Shown here: in pieces, positions 13,069 through 24,752 of the stretch
Layout of the letters: each line of letters starts with the position of its first letter
Numbering within the stretch: the first letter of the stretch is position 1
From: Octopus bimaculoides
Taxonomy: Eukaryota
Reading direction: 5' to 3'
Length of the DNA: 64,000 bases
Assembly (NCBI RefSeq): GCF_001194135.2
Contig: NC_068981.1
Coordinates: forward strand, 40,434,198 to 40,498,197
Notes under the pieces: generated by a model
Told to the model about the DNA's origin: nothing
Databases searched by the model: none
Seen by the model: only the letters and a program-made list of their open reading frames with translations
Program-made: the position numbers and the translations under genes

Positions 13069-13919
13069 TAAATAATGATTATAGTATATACAGAGTGGGT
13101 GGTTAAATGAATCCTTTGAGCTTCAGAAAAATATCAGCCTCTTTGCATTCTGCATTCAGATCTCATCAAGGTCAACTTTGCTTTCATTCATTATTCAATA
13201 AATAAATACCAGTCAAGTATTGCAGTCAAACTTTCTCTCACTCTTTGTCTTCTTCAGAATCAGTTACACTACCTTATAAGGGGATTATGAGGGATCACTT
13301 TCGATGTCCCTTTGTTTAGGGATAGTAATATCTTTTCACCTAACATGTTACAAAAACCAGACAAAGAAACCATAGAAGAATATGGCAGACGTGGGTGGAC
13401 TATGATATAGAATGGCCCTTCATAAACACACACACATATGCATAGTGAAATCCATTGCATCTTGTACATAATTTATAGTACATTTGCTTCTCTCTCACAT
13501 TGTATACTATTATGAGCAGCTGTGGCAGCTGATCAAATATGAATGTGTATGATTTAACAATGAGATATCTATCTGTGTCAGTCATTGTGTGCGTGTATGT
13601 TTATGTAAGTGTGAGTATATGTATGTGTGTGTGTATGCATATGTACATTGCATGATTTGTTTTTTATTTCATACTGTTTACATTGTTTGTGTTCTGTTAT
13701 ACAAAATTACTGAGTGCACTGGTAATTTGTTGTATAAAAATACATTTGTGTGTGTGTGTGTGTGATAATGAAAGTGTGCAAGTTACTCCAAAGCCAGTAT
13801 CAACCTTTTCCTTGTAAAAGTTGGATAAACTAGTATTCTAGTAAAAAGTAGTGAGTAAATATTTAGTTTTAGTTTAATGTTAAATTGTTTTTATATAACT
13901 TAACATGAGAACAAACACT

Positions 13920-13972
<53 letters not shown>

Positions 13973-14076
13973 NNNNNNNNNNNNNNNNNNNNNNNNNNNN
14001 NNNNNNNNNNNNNNNNNNNNNNNNNNNNNNNNNNNNNNNNNNNNNNNNNNNNNNNNNNNNNNNNNNNNNNNNNNNN
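13973..14076. other. Assembly gap between (CT)n and (TA)n
   Basis: Run of N. Confidence 1.
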
Positions 14077-14110
<34 letters not shown>

Positions 14111-14111
<1 letters not shown>

Positions 14112-14715
14112 CCTAGCAAAAACCAATGTCTTAGTAAGTAGGAAGGCAGACAAAACACAAATCCCTTCAGGTAGATGGCCCTACTCAATCTGTAGAAAAG
14201 TAAGTAGAAACTCCATAAGATCTACCTGTTGTAAGCTATTTACACATAAGAGGTGCAGCAATATCAGAGGAAGGTTAACATGGAAAATAGCTTTTGTGTG
14301 TGGAAAATGCACAGTTACAATACTCACCAAAAATGTACAGAAAACAGACTCCATCAACTACTAGTGGGGTAAGCTAGAGGTAGTAGACAGCTTCCGTTAT
14401 CTAGGTGACGAGGTTAATATTGGAAGTGGATGCTCCAAGAGTATAGTTGTGAGAATAAGATTAGGTTGGACAAAGTTCAGAGAGTTCGTGCCTCTCCCTC
14501 AAAGTGAGAGGCAGATTGTATGAGGCCTGTGTGTGAATAGTTATGTTACACAGCAATGAAGCATGGGCTGTGACAGCTGGGAACATGTGTAGGCTTGAAA
14601 GAAATGAAGCCAGTATGCTTGGCTGTGTGTGCATGTTCAACAGAGAGTAAGTATCTTGAAGGAAAAGTTGGTCATAAGAGGTATCAGATGTGGTACACAA
14701 GAGAGACAACTGCGC
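14111..14715 (+). mobile_element. RTE-clade LINE fragment (region C-terminal to the RT core, disrupted)
   Basis: Translates with stops and frameshifts to SGRWPYSICRK..THKRCSNIRGRL..LEVVDSFRYLGD..RIRLGWTKFRE. Confidence 0.85.
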
Positions 14716-14721
14716 TAATAC

Positions 14722-15545
14722 ATCTTATGGAGTTTCTACCTATGCCTTTTCTACAGATCGAGCAGGGTCATCTACCTGAAGGGATTTGTGGTTTGTCTGC
14801 CTTCCTACTTATTAAGACATTGGTTTTTGCTTGACTGACTCTAAGGCCCTTCGATTCTAGATCTTGCTTCCACACTGAAACTTCTCTAGTTCTGATAGAG
14901 CAAGGTCATCAGCATAAACTCCCAGGGGCATCCTGTCTTGAATTCCTCTGTTATTGCTTGGAAGATTATGATGAATAAGATGGGGCTGAGGACTGATCTT
15001 TGATGGACCCCTACCCCTATCCAGAATTCTTCACTGTACTCGTTGCCAACCCTCACCTTACTGACAGCATCCCTGTACATAGCTTGTACAGCTCTCACTA
15101 ACTACTCATCTATCCCTAGTTTCTGCAGTGACCATAAGATAAGGGATCGGGGAACCCTGTCAAAGGCTTTCTCTATGTCAACGAAAGCCAAGTACAGAGA
15201 TTTATCTTTTGCTAGGTATTTCTCCTGTAGCTGTCTTACCAGAAATATAGCATCAGTGGCGCTTTTCCCTGGCACAAACCCAAACTGCATCTCGTCTAGA
15301 CTGACTTTCTCCCTAATTAGTTGGGTTATGACCCTCTCCGTGACTTTCATTACTTGATCCAACAACTTGTAATTATTCATATCTAATGCAGTTGACTATG
15401 GTGCTGCTACTCCAGTGATTGGGTGACTCCTTCATGTATCACCTGATTGACTATATGGGTGACTAGACTATAGCTAACACCGCCAGATATTTTAAGCATC
15501 TCTGCAATGATTCCTCTGATGGGCCGGAGGCTTTCCCTGTCTTCA
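14722..15545 (-). mobile_element. RTE-clade LINE reverse transcriptase fragment (pseudogenised)
   Basis: ORFs 15102-15380 and 14886-15098: QFGFVPGKSATDAIFLVRQLQEKY..AFVDIEKAFDRVPR..GVHQRSVLSPILF; stop codons and frameshifts. Confidence 0.92.
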
Positions 15546-15552
15546 TACCCTT

Positions 15553-15879
15553 TGTGGCTGTATAGTAGACGTTTGCTTCCCAACCACATGGTTCAGGGTT
15601 CAGTCCCTCTGTTGTCGTAGTATAAGAAATATATTGAAATATGTTGAAACAAGTATAAGAAATATATATATATATAAACCTTGCCAAAACTGACCTCATC
15701 TGTGCTTGTACCACGCAAAAAGCACTGCGTCCATTCTGCAGAGTAGTTGCTGTTAGGAAGGGCATCCAGTTGTAAAAATCCTGCCAAAACAATCACAGAA
15801 GTCTGGTGCAGGCTTCTGCCTGGCCAGCTCCTGTCAAACCATCCCACCCGTGGCAGCATGGAAGGCAGACAATAAATGA

Positions 15880-15883
<4 letters not shown>
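15553..15883 (+). mobile_element. SINE family A head joined to an RTE-type 3' tail
   Basis: GTGGCTGT..CCCAACCACATGGTTCAGGGTTCAGTCCC head; TTAGGAAGGGCATCCAG..AGCATGGAAGG..GATGAT tail; ends in (TA)n. Confidence 0.65.
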
Positions 15884-15938
<55 letters not shown>

Positions 15939-15943
<5 letters not shown>

Positions 15944-16794
15944 GGGGCAATTAGTATATTTTTTATTTCACGCATTGTTTGTTTTTGATTTTGTTGACTA
16001 TACATTATAGTAGGGTCGGTTGGGCACTGTCTCTGAGAAAAAGCAGCACGATGATGCAATTCAATCTGCCAGAAATTTGGAAAGGACATGCTGTACTGAT
16101 TGGCTTGGCATTTGTGCCAGAAGCTCCATTATGACCATTTCAGAGTGTTTGAGTGTCAATCTGAGAATAGTGCATGTACTGAGAGTGATAAAAATCAAAC
16201 ATTCAGTCAACATTATGGGGTTTGGAATAATCACTAGTGATGGCAACGTTATGCTTCCATTCGCACATGGCTTCACACTCAACATGGAGGCCTACATCAA
16301 GTACCTGGAGGAGGTAGTACTGCCCTGCATCAAGAGAACAGCTGCTGGAAGACCCTGTGTCTAGCAACAGGACTCTGCACCATGCCACACAAGCAGGAGA
16401 ACCCAGTCATGGCTGTCAGACAATTTCTGAAACTACATCACCCCTAACATCCAGCCACCTAACTCCCCAGACTGAAACCCCCTTGATTATTATGTGTGGA
16501 ATGCAGTTGAGTGAGAGACCAACAAAGCTCCTTGTAATACCAAAGATGAACTGAAGGCAAGGATTATGGCAGCATTCACCAACTTAAACAAGGAGACTGT
16601 GCAGAAGAGCTGCAGGAGATTACAAAGTCGTCTGGAGGCCATGTTTGAAGCCAATGGCGATTTTATTGAATAAACTTACTCTTTAGTATTTCAAGATATT
16701 TTTATGTAATTTTAGTAAATATATCTGTTAAAACGAAACGTCATTGTTATTTTCATTTTTGCATAATAGACGACAATATATTCACCACACCCTA
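15939..16794 (+). mobile_element. Internally deleted Tc1/mariner transposon, DD37D (maT-type) transposase relic
   Basis: ..CV*QQDSAPCH..PPNSPD*NPLDYYVW..NGDFIE*; 37 residues between the D of QQD (16371) and the D of PLDY; first catalytic D missing; TA-rich flanks. Confidence 0.85.
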
Positions 16795-17175
16795 TACATA
16801 TATACATATATATATATATATAATCATAAATATAGGGATTGACAGTAACCTGCTTCTCCAACATACTGAGAATTCAGAAATAGCAGTCAAAGAACTACTG
16901 ATTTCAAAACTACAAATTATTACTCCAGATTGATAGCGATATTTTTGATACACACAGAACAAAAACACTAGAGAAGAGTAAAAAACACTTGCCTTTAGTT
17001 AATTTAGTACAATTGTTTCACAGTTAAGAGTAAAATACTCTATTCCGATCCTCAGCTAAATATTCTAATAAATTTGTTAATGTCTAAGTAACTCACGTTA
17101 ATCTTGACCATGTGAACATCAATACCACGTGAGGAAGACGCTTTACCGAAGAAGGTTTTTTTCATACTGAGCTAC

Positions 17176-17200
17176 NNNNNNNNNNNNNNNNNNNNNNNNN
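17176..17200. other. Assembly gap
   Basis: Run of N. Confidence 1.
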
Positions 17201-17252
17201 AAATTGTTGATTAATAATTTTATTACTAATTGACGATTCCCTGCCCTGCATA

Positions 17253-17291
<39 letters not shown>

Positions 17292-17339
17292 ATGATGATG
17301 ATGATGATGATGATATATACATACATATATATACATATA

Positions 17340-17654
17340 TCTTCCCACAACCTATCTTCTGTCCTACTTCCACCCTCCTTCCTTTTTCTCTTTCTCTTTT
17401 TGTCGCCAACAACAACACCTACACTGACATTCACACCCTCTCACCATTTCAAAATGTAACTACATGTGAATCATTGGCGATTTTCTTCCTCCCTCTTCCT
17501 TTCTATTGAACTTTCCTCTATTCCTGAAGAAGAGCGTTACTCGAAACATTAAACCATCTTTTTTTCCTTCTCTGAGAGTCTGCTAATACTTTACATGTAC
17601 CATGTCCTTGCATTGTTGTTTTTTTTTTGTGTTTGTTCTTTTTTTTATTTACTA
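17340..17654 (+). mobile_element. Probable Penelope-associated non-autonomous repeat with a hammerhead-ribozyme-like core
   Basis: CTGAAGA (17524-17530), GAG/CTC stem, GAAA (17543-17546); flanked on both sides by (TA)n-containing microsatellites. Confidence 0.45.
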
Positions 17655-17667
17655 TATATATATATAT

Positions 17668-17711
<44 letters not shown>

Positions 17712-17712
17712 A

Positions 17713-17926
17713 TCCTTTAGCATTTAAACCGGCCATATCTGGCAAAAATATTCTACTTGTTTAATGCTCAAACTGGCCAGAACTAGCCTCTCACACCTAC
17801 TCTGCAATGTCATTTAAAAGTAAGCAATCACATCATTGAAACCTCAAAGTTATAAGATAAGCCATGATTAATTCGAAACAATGTGAATAAATAAGCATTG
17901 CATTTGATAACCTAAATGCTAAAGGA
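17713..17926. mobile_element. piggyBac-like MITE
   Basis: TIR CCTTTAGCATTTA / TAAATGCTAAAGG; the reverse-oriented homologue at 40151-40362 ends GGG|TTAA. Confidence 0.7.
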
Positions 17927-18328
17927 CTAAAGTCATGTCAACTTTGGAGTATTCTTGATTCCTGAGATTATCTCCCCTTCTTATATGACATTGGTCTGAT
18001 TGCCATTTTATAATTATGGCATATCTTCTTGTGGTGGAGATGATATTCATAAATCAAGATACCTTTATTTCTTAACATGTGTGTGTGTGTGTATGTGTGT
18101 GTGTGTGTGTGTTTGTATGTGTATCTGCCAGTATGCAGGCCAGCCCCACATGGGATTTTCACCTGGTTTGTTCCTGCTATAGTTTTGATTTTCCCTCGTC
18201 TTCCCCCCTCTCATTCCCCTCTCTACATCCTATTCCAAAGAAGGACAATGTGTAACCATTTCTCTTAGCATCAAAATTATATATTCTGATCATGAACTCA
18301 TCTCCATCTTGCTATTTATGTCTACGTG

Positions 18329-18384
<56 letters not shown>

Positions 18385-18393
18385 NNNNNNNNN
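18385..18393. other. Assembly gap inside (TA)n
   Basis: Run of N. Confidence 1.
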
Positions 18394-19004
18394 NGCATGA
18401 GTGTATGTATATATATATGTGTGTGTGCACATGAATGTATAGCTTTTGTTTATTTTATGCTATAAAAGCATAAAGTTACTTCATACTGATTTGAGTGGGA
18501 AATGTGCAGCGTGATTTATGTGTTTATTTAAATGTGAGATAAACTGGTCTTCTATTTATCTTCCTAATTCACAATGAAGCAACAAGGTCCACATTACAAG
18601 TATACCTTATTAATCTAATCTCATAAACTTATAGATAAGTTAAGTGCATTCATATCTCAACATACTATCTAAACAGCAGATCAAGAGGAACTTAATTAGC
18701 ATGTTTTCAAATACTATAATATTCAGCAGAGAATCTTTTCCCATGTTTAATCATTTATTTTAAGGTTTATTGATAGAATTACGAGGAAACATTTTACAGT
18801 TAGTGCAATCTTGTCATGCCTGTTTGTTGTATCTTCTATAAACAGCCATTTTTGTGTTAGACATAGAAACGGCAGTTCTTAATTCTAAAACACAAGATCT
18901 ACTTATTGCTAAAGCTTTTAAAAAAATAATAAGGACTGCTTTACCACCGATATGAACTCAATTGCATTCTGTGAAGATGCAATCTCTCCTAGAAAATGCA
19001 TGCA

Positions 19005-19450
19005 GCTATTATTGCTAAGATACATTGGGTCTCACAGAGGCAAAGTGGCTGAGTTCCTTTCAAGTGTTGGGCCTCAAGTTCATTTTGAGTGTTGGGCCTC
19101 ACGGAGGCAAAGTGGCTGAGTTCTTTTTGAGCGTCAGGCCTCACAGAGGTAATGACTAAGACCCTTGGCTTTATGTCAGGCTTGAGAAGAAGAACCATCA
19201 AGCTGAGCAAAATCGCAGTCGTGAAAGATACCAGTGTCACGCAAATGGCACCTGTGCCGGTGGCATGTAAAAGCACCCATTACACTCTCGGAGTGGTTGG
19301 CATTAGGAAGGGCATCCAGTTGTAGAAAACCATGCCAAATCAGACTGGAGTTTGGTGCAGCCTCCCAGCTTACCAGCCCTGGTAAACCATCCAACACATG
19401 CCAGCATAGACAACGGACGTTAAACAATAATGATGATGACGATGATGGTG
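19005..19450 (+). mobile_element. 5'-truncated RTE LINE 3' end with internal tandem subrepeats
   Basis: Repeated CAC(A/G)GAGGCAAAGTGGCTGAGTTC units, then GAGTGGTTGGCATTAGGAAGGGCATCCAG..GGACGTTAAAC and a (GAT)n tail. Confidence 0.75.
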
Positions 19451-19587
19451 ATGGTTTCAAACAATCATAAGATTTCTAAAGAACAAATATATTGTTAGAT
19501 TCTGAACCAGTATTTGTTCTTTGTGTGTGTGTGTGTCTTTAAAAGAAATTTCATCCTACCAAATTAATGAAAACAGCAACCGAGAAA

Positions 19588-19790
19588 GGGAGTCATTGAA
19601 TGATTATTCGTTCTACTAGAAATAGCTGCCAAATCACCACTAAATCACACCTGCTATGTTTAAGAAAGAAGTACACATAAGATAATATAATCTGACATGT
19701 TTCTAAAGTGACATGATGGTCGCAGCTTAAATTTTTTTTATCATAAATCTCTGCTTAATCAAGGTCAATTTTCAAACTTGACAACAGCAT
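19588..19790 (+). mobile_element. SINE-like repeat family D
   Basis: CTACTAGAAATAGCTGCCAAATC..TAAATCACACC..CTTAATCAAGGTCAA..ACAACAGCA. Confidence 0.55.
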
Positions 19791-20194
19791 CACAAACTGA
19801 TATCCTTGACTAAATCCAGAACAATAGAAATCAACTAATTATCAATAAATCCTCTCTGACTGACTCTCTTCAATCTTTCATTCACTAGACTTATGGATTT
19901 ATTTTGTTTTAATGTCTGCAGTCAGTCCTTGTGAATATTTAAAAACTGCATATATATTTATATATCATTGATTATATATGCAAAAATTATAGTGCTCACT
20001 TTTAATTAGAATAGATAATGTACGAAAAAAAGATAAATAACTGTATTGAGATGTACTGGATGTTGCTTGAATTTTCTGTTGAGACGTTGATCTTTAAACA
20101 TCTCACCATTTTAGAAATAAAATGACTGAAGATTGACACCTCTTTTGAGATACCATAAAACTACTAATACATCTCAGATCAGCTAAATCATATG

Positions 20195-20276
<82 letters not shown>

Positions 20277-21519
20277 TTATGCGTGCACACACACATTAAT
20301 GGATAATTGTAATTACATTTTATTACGACAATAATATATTTGTTTCTAGATTATTCAGAAATAAGATATTTTACTGACAGAAGATAGAAAATGATGGCAA
20401 CTAGTTATTTATTCCCAAGACTGATATCTTTGTAATGTTTTAGTGCACAGGATTAGGGTTACATAGCTACAAGGTCAAGGAATCATTTAAAAAGACTCAA
20501 CTTTAACTGAAGAAAAATATTAAAGGAGCATTTCTTTTCTTAGAGAGATGTATTTAATCTCTCATTTGTGCTGCCTTCCTTTGAAGCTAATTAATGTTAT
20601 ATATCTAACGACCCCTCCTATCCTTTCTATCCATTGTCATTCATCCTATCTTATTACCTTGAACAATTCAGTCTGCCTGCCTCACACTTGTTAACTTGTA
20701 AATGTTGATCATTTTGATCTCAAAAAATTTGTATGAGTTTCACAAAAAAGATGTTTCAATCTTGGAGGAATAGCCCAGAATCCAAAACCTTGAAGATTAA
20801 CATGACATAACTTAAAGTGTTTTATAGTTAAAGAGAATGCAAACATTCCAATGTCATCTATGAAGGGATTTTGACTAATATGCAGTAAAGCAATAGGTTA
20901 GAATTTGACACTATATATTCAAGAAAACAATAGAGTACATGAAATAAGCAGTTGCATCTCTGGAAGGTTGATAGACCAGAGTATCAGATGTGCAATATTA
21001 GCTGGCATTGTACTCAGTAACAATACAGCTTCCATGAAGTCTCTTAACTTATGAAAGAAATTTGTGACTACACCTTCCATCTTTAAAAAATGAGCACATC
21101 CATTGTATTTTTGGATAAATTGCATGAAAGTAAAATGGAACTATTATGGCTAGAACACTTTAAGCAAAAGCTTTATTCAATCGAGATTGACCTGGGACAA
21201 AACGACAATCATAAAATGAACTGTTCATGCAGCTCCTAAGATATAGTTGATGGTTTATGTTGTCTACATAATATAATTTGTGCTGGGGAGCATGTAGGAA
21301 ACTATGGTAACTAGAGTAAAGAAAGGCTGGAATAGGTTCATGTTGCTGTTACGTCTTGATAACTAAGGAATTTTTCTGTGTAGTAGATAGAGTGTAAGTG
21401 TATGTAAAAACCGATGTCTTCATGGTAGTAAACCATGAGCACTGAATTTTGACAATCTATGGAGATCGAAGGGAAATTAGCATAAGCTTATTCATTTTTG
21501 ATTGTTTCATTTTAGGTCC

Positions 21520-21915
21520 AGGTGTGGCTGTGTGGTAAAAAAGTGTGCTTCCCAACCACATGGTTTCAGACTCACTGTTTGGAACCTTGGGCAAGTGTAT
21601 TCCACTATAACCTCAGGCCAGAAGTCTGTCATGTGTGAGTCTGTGTTTGTGCATGTCCATACAGTGTTATCATTTGCTTACCTTGGTTTCATGTGATAAT
21701 TATCAACAAGTGTCACCATCTTACAAGCAGTATCCTTCATTTCCATTCTTTCATGAAAACATGTCTGATCATGTGGAAATACAACCTTTCTTGGAGACAG
21801 ATGAGGGTTAGTATCAGCAATGGTATCTGGCTGTGGAAAATCCATCTCAACAATTTCTGTCCAACCTTTACAAACAAACATGGAAAAGGGAACATTAAAA
21901 TGTTGATAATGATAA
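21520..21915 (+). mobile_element. Decayed SINE family A head plus tail
   Basis: GGTGTGGCTGTGTGGTAAAA..CCCAACCACATGG..CCTTGGGCAAGTG; tail CAAACATGGAAAAGGGAACATTAAAATG(AT).. Confidence 0.6.
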
Positions 21916-22384
21916 TGACTCGCAAAGTAATACAGCACAAATGAGGAATTAAGCTTAAACCTCTCTATAAAGAAATGTTTCTTCAATTTTTTTTCTTCAA
22001 TTGATATTAATGTCTTTTAATAATGCCTTGACCTTATTCCAGGGTAATGTATAAGCCTAATCATGTACACTAAAACACTGCAAAAGACATCAGTCTTAGA
22101 CTAAACTAAAATGCTCCATTCTCTATGTTCTATCAGCAAAAATATCTAATTTCTGAATAATCAAGAAACTAATTTATTATCATTCTAATCAAATGTAATT
22201 ACAATTGTCAATTAAATAATGGTATAATTAGCTAAGATTGCACTAATGATGCCATTTAAAGTCAATAACAAGATGAGAAAATGGGGAAAACACAGTAAGT
22301 TATCAGGGGAAAAGAATCTTTTGGTTGATACTTATCTGATTCCCTTACAAATCCTTTGTTCTTCTTCTTACATTACATATATAT

Positions 22385-22570
22385 CATCATCAGCTTCATT
22401 TTAAGTCTGTTTTCCATGCATGCATGGATTGAATGATTCGACATGATCCTAGAGATTGGAGGATCACCCTTGCTGCATTGCCTTAGTTTTGGCATGGTTT
22501 CTATTGCTGGATGCCCTTTCTAACACCAACCACTTTACAGAGTGTACTGGGTGCAATTTTTTCAAGGCAC
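22385..22570 (-). mobile_element. RTE-type 3' end fragment
   Basis: CATCATCA..TTCCATGC..GCTGGATGCCCTTTCTAACACCAACCAC is the reverse complement of the RTE tail. Confidence 0.65.
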
Positions 22571-23309
22571 CACCACTATTGAGATTGTCTTGCTATCATG
22601 TAAAACCAAAGAGCCCTCTCAATCCCTGTGTTGTCACTGCTTCAATAAATTACCAACCATTTGCTGAACATAATGAGTGCTTTTTGTGGTGGGGGAATCA
22701 CTTTGTTGTACACAAAGGGAAACAGAGCCCCCTGTGATGGATGGAACAGATCTGTGGTGAGTAGTAGAGAGAATAACAGGGGGGAAGTGTGTTGGGGTGA
22801 GAATAATGGAGGAGACAGGGAAGAAGAAAATTACTGTCAAGGATTTGTATGAAAGAGAGTGAAGGACAAAGTTGTTGTGGTGATAGGGTGGGTTTATATA
22901 GGTGGACTAGTGATAAGGGAATTTGGTCCACTTTCTTTGTTTCTATGGGTTGGACAGTCTACCAGGGTCCATGACAGTTCTTATTGAAATTACATAGATT
23001 TATTGGTGAGAGAAAGTAGTGTGGTATGAGTGTAGCAGAGACAGTATAAAGGAAGTGAATAATAGAATTGAAAGGGAAAAATAATGTCAGGGGTTAATAA
23101 AAGAAAGAATTAGATAGTAATAGAGGGTGGTAGGAAAGACTTACAGAGGCAGTGTAAAGAAAGGAGTTAATTGGAGGGGAAGAGAAAATTAGTGCCCAAA
23201 GGTAATTTTTCATATCCATGTCTGTACAAAGAATACGCTTCATTCTTTGTGTTAACATAAAGGATGGAGCTTCTTTGAAACTAACAAGTACCACGAATTG
23301 TTTAATCAT

Positions 23310-23490
23310 AGATTGTTGTTGTTTAGCCCAGATCAATCTTGATTGAACAAACAATCCAGCCTTGACTATCCTGTCTTTTGTTCAGAATGAACATATCTAC
23401 AAATGCATTATCCAAAGCATTCTCTTTTTTTTAAGATGGGAGATCGTGCTTTGAGAGACAATGGACTACTATTTCTAACCACATACAGAC
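23310..23490 (-). mobile_element. SINE-like repeat family D
   Basis: TTGTTGTTGTTTAGCCCAGATCAATCTTGATTGAACA..GAGAGACAATGGACTACTATTTCTAA. Confidence 0.6.
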
Positions 23491-24019
23491 TCTCTCATTG
23501 GCTTATTTGATCATGCATTTATATTTCCTATTACTGTTTCTTGAATGCCAATTCAGTCCTGATAAAGCAGATCTATGATCAAATACATTTCTACCATGCA
23601 CACAAAATCTATTTTTTTCTTCTGCTATAATGTATCCAGGACCACATTATCAAATGTGTCCTACACCACCATCAGCATCTGACATAATTTCTTCAGGTGC
23701 AGATCCATGGTCTCTTGAGACCAGCAGATGCCTACTAGATGCTGTTATATCCAACACATTCTAGAGTTTGAAGTTATACAAGACACTGACATTAGATTCT
23801 GCAATACAAAACTTCTTACTTGAAAATATATTCAAATTAAAGCATTCTTTAATTATATGTAAGATACTTATTCTACATAGCATCTTTTAGAATTGGCTCG
23901 CCTAAAAAAATTGGCCTCAGAGAGGACAATCCATCCATAAAACATTGTCCTATGAAGTCTTGTTCAATCTATGTCATCAAGGAAAAGTGATTGTAAAATG
24001 CTGATGTGTTTAAGAAGTT

Positions 24020-24170
24020 TTGAGTTCATTTTTTAAACATATGGTTTTGAGTTCAGTCCCACTGTTCAGCATCTTGGACATGTGTCTTCTGCTATGGCCC
24101 TGGATCAACTAAAGCCTTGTGAGTGGGTTTGGTAGACAAAAGCTGAAAGAAACACATTGTGTGTGTTATT
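24020..24170 (+). mobile_element. SINE family A 5' half (CpG-decayed)
   Basis: CATATGGTTTTGAGTTCAGTCCCACTG..AAAGCCTTGTGAGTGGGTTTGGTAGAC..CTGAAAGAA. Confidence 0.75.
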
Positions 24171-24204
24171 GTGTGTGTACACACACACACATATATATAT
24201 CACA

Positions 24205-24400
24205 ATCACGATCATCATTTAACATTCGTTTTCCGTGCTGGCATGGATTAGATATGAGCTGGCAAGTTAGAGAGTTGCACTAAGCTCTAATTGTCTGTTT
24301 TGACATGGTTTCTATGGTGGGACACCCTTCCTAACATCAACCACTTTACAGAGTATATTGGCGTACTGGATGCTTTCTATGTGGCACCAGCACAAGTGCT
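24205..24400 (-). mobile_element. RTE-type 3' end fragment
   Basis: CATCATTTAACATTCGTTTTCCGTGCTGGCATGG..CCCTTCCTAACATCAACCAC. Confidence 0.7.
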
Positions 24401-24552
24401 TTTTACATGTGTGTGTGTGTGTGTGTGTGTCCTTATTTTCATATCATGTGGCAGATGTAAATGAATGTCACTGTCATACAAGTGGTGTTGTTCATTTCCA
24501 ATATCTTGCAAAAAAAATGTCTGGCCATGAGGAAATATTATTTTCTACTTTA

Positions 24553-24752
24553 GGCACAAGGCCCGAAATTTTGGGGGAGGGTGCCAGTTGATTAGATCAA
24601 CACCGGTACACAACTGGTATTTAATTTATCGACCCCCGAAAGGATGAAAGCAAAGTTGACCTCAGCAGAATTTGAACTCAGAACATAAAGACAGACGGAA
24701 TACCGCTAAGCTTTTCACCCAGCATGCCAAACTTTCTGTCAGCGTGCCACCT
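24553..24752 (-). mobile_element. SINE family B
   Basis: GGCACAAGGCCCGAAATTTTGGGGGAGG..TTTATCGACCCCCGAAAGGATGAAAG..GAATTTGAACTCAGAAC. Confidence 0.8.

Noticed and set aside
22600-23000. Possible Neptune-type PLE remnant on the minus strand
   Set aside because: Only a faint IPL..Y.PT resemblance; too degenerate to call.
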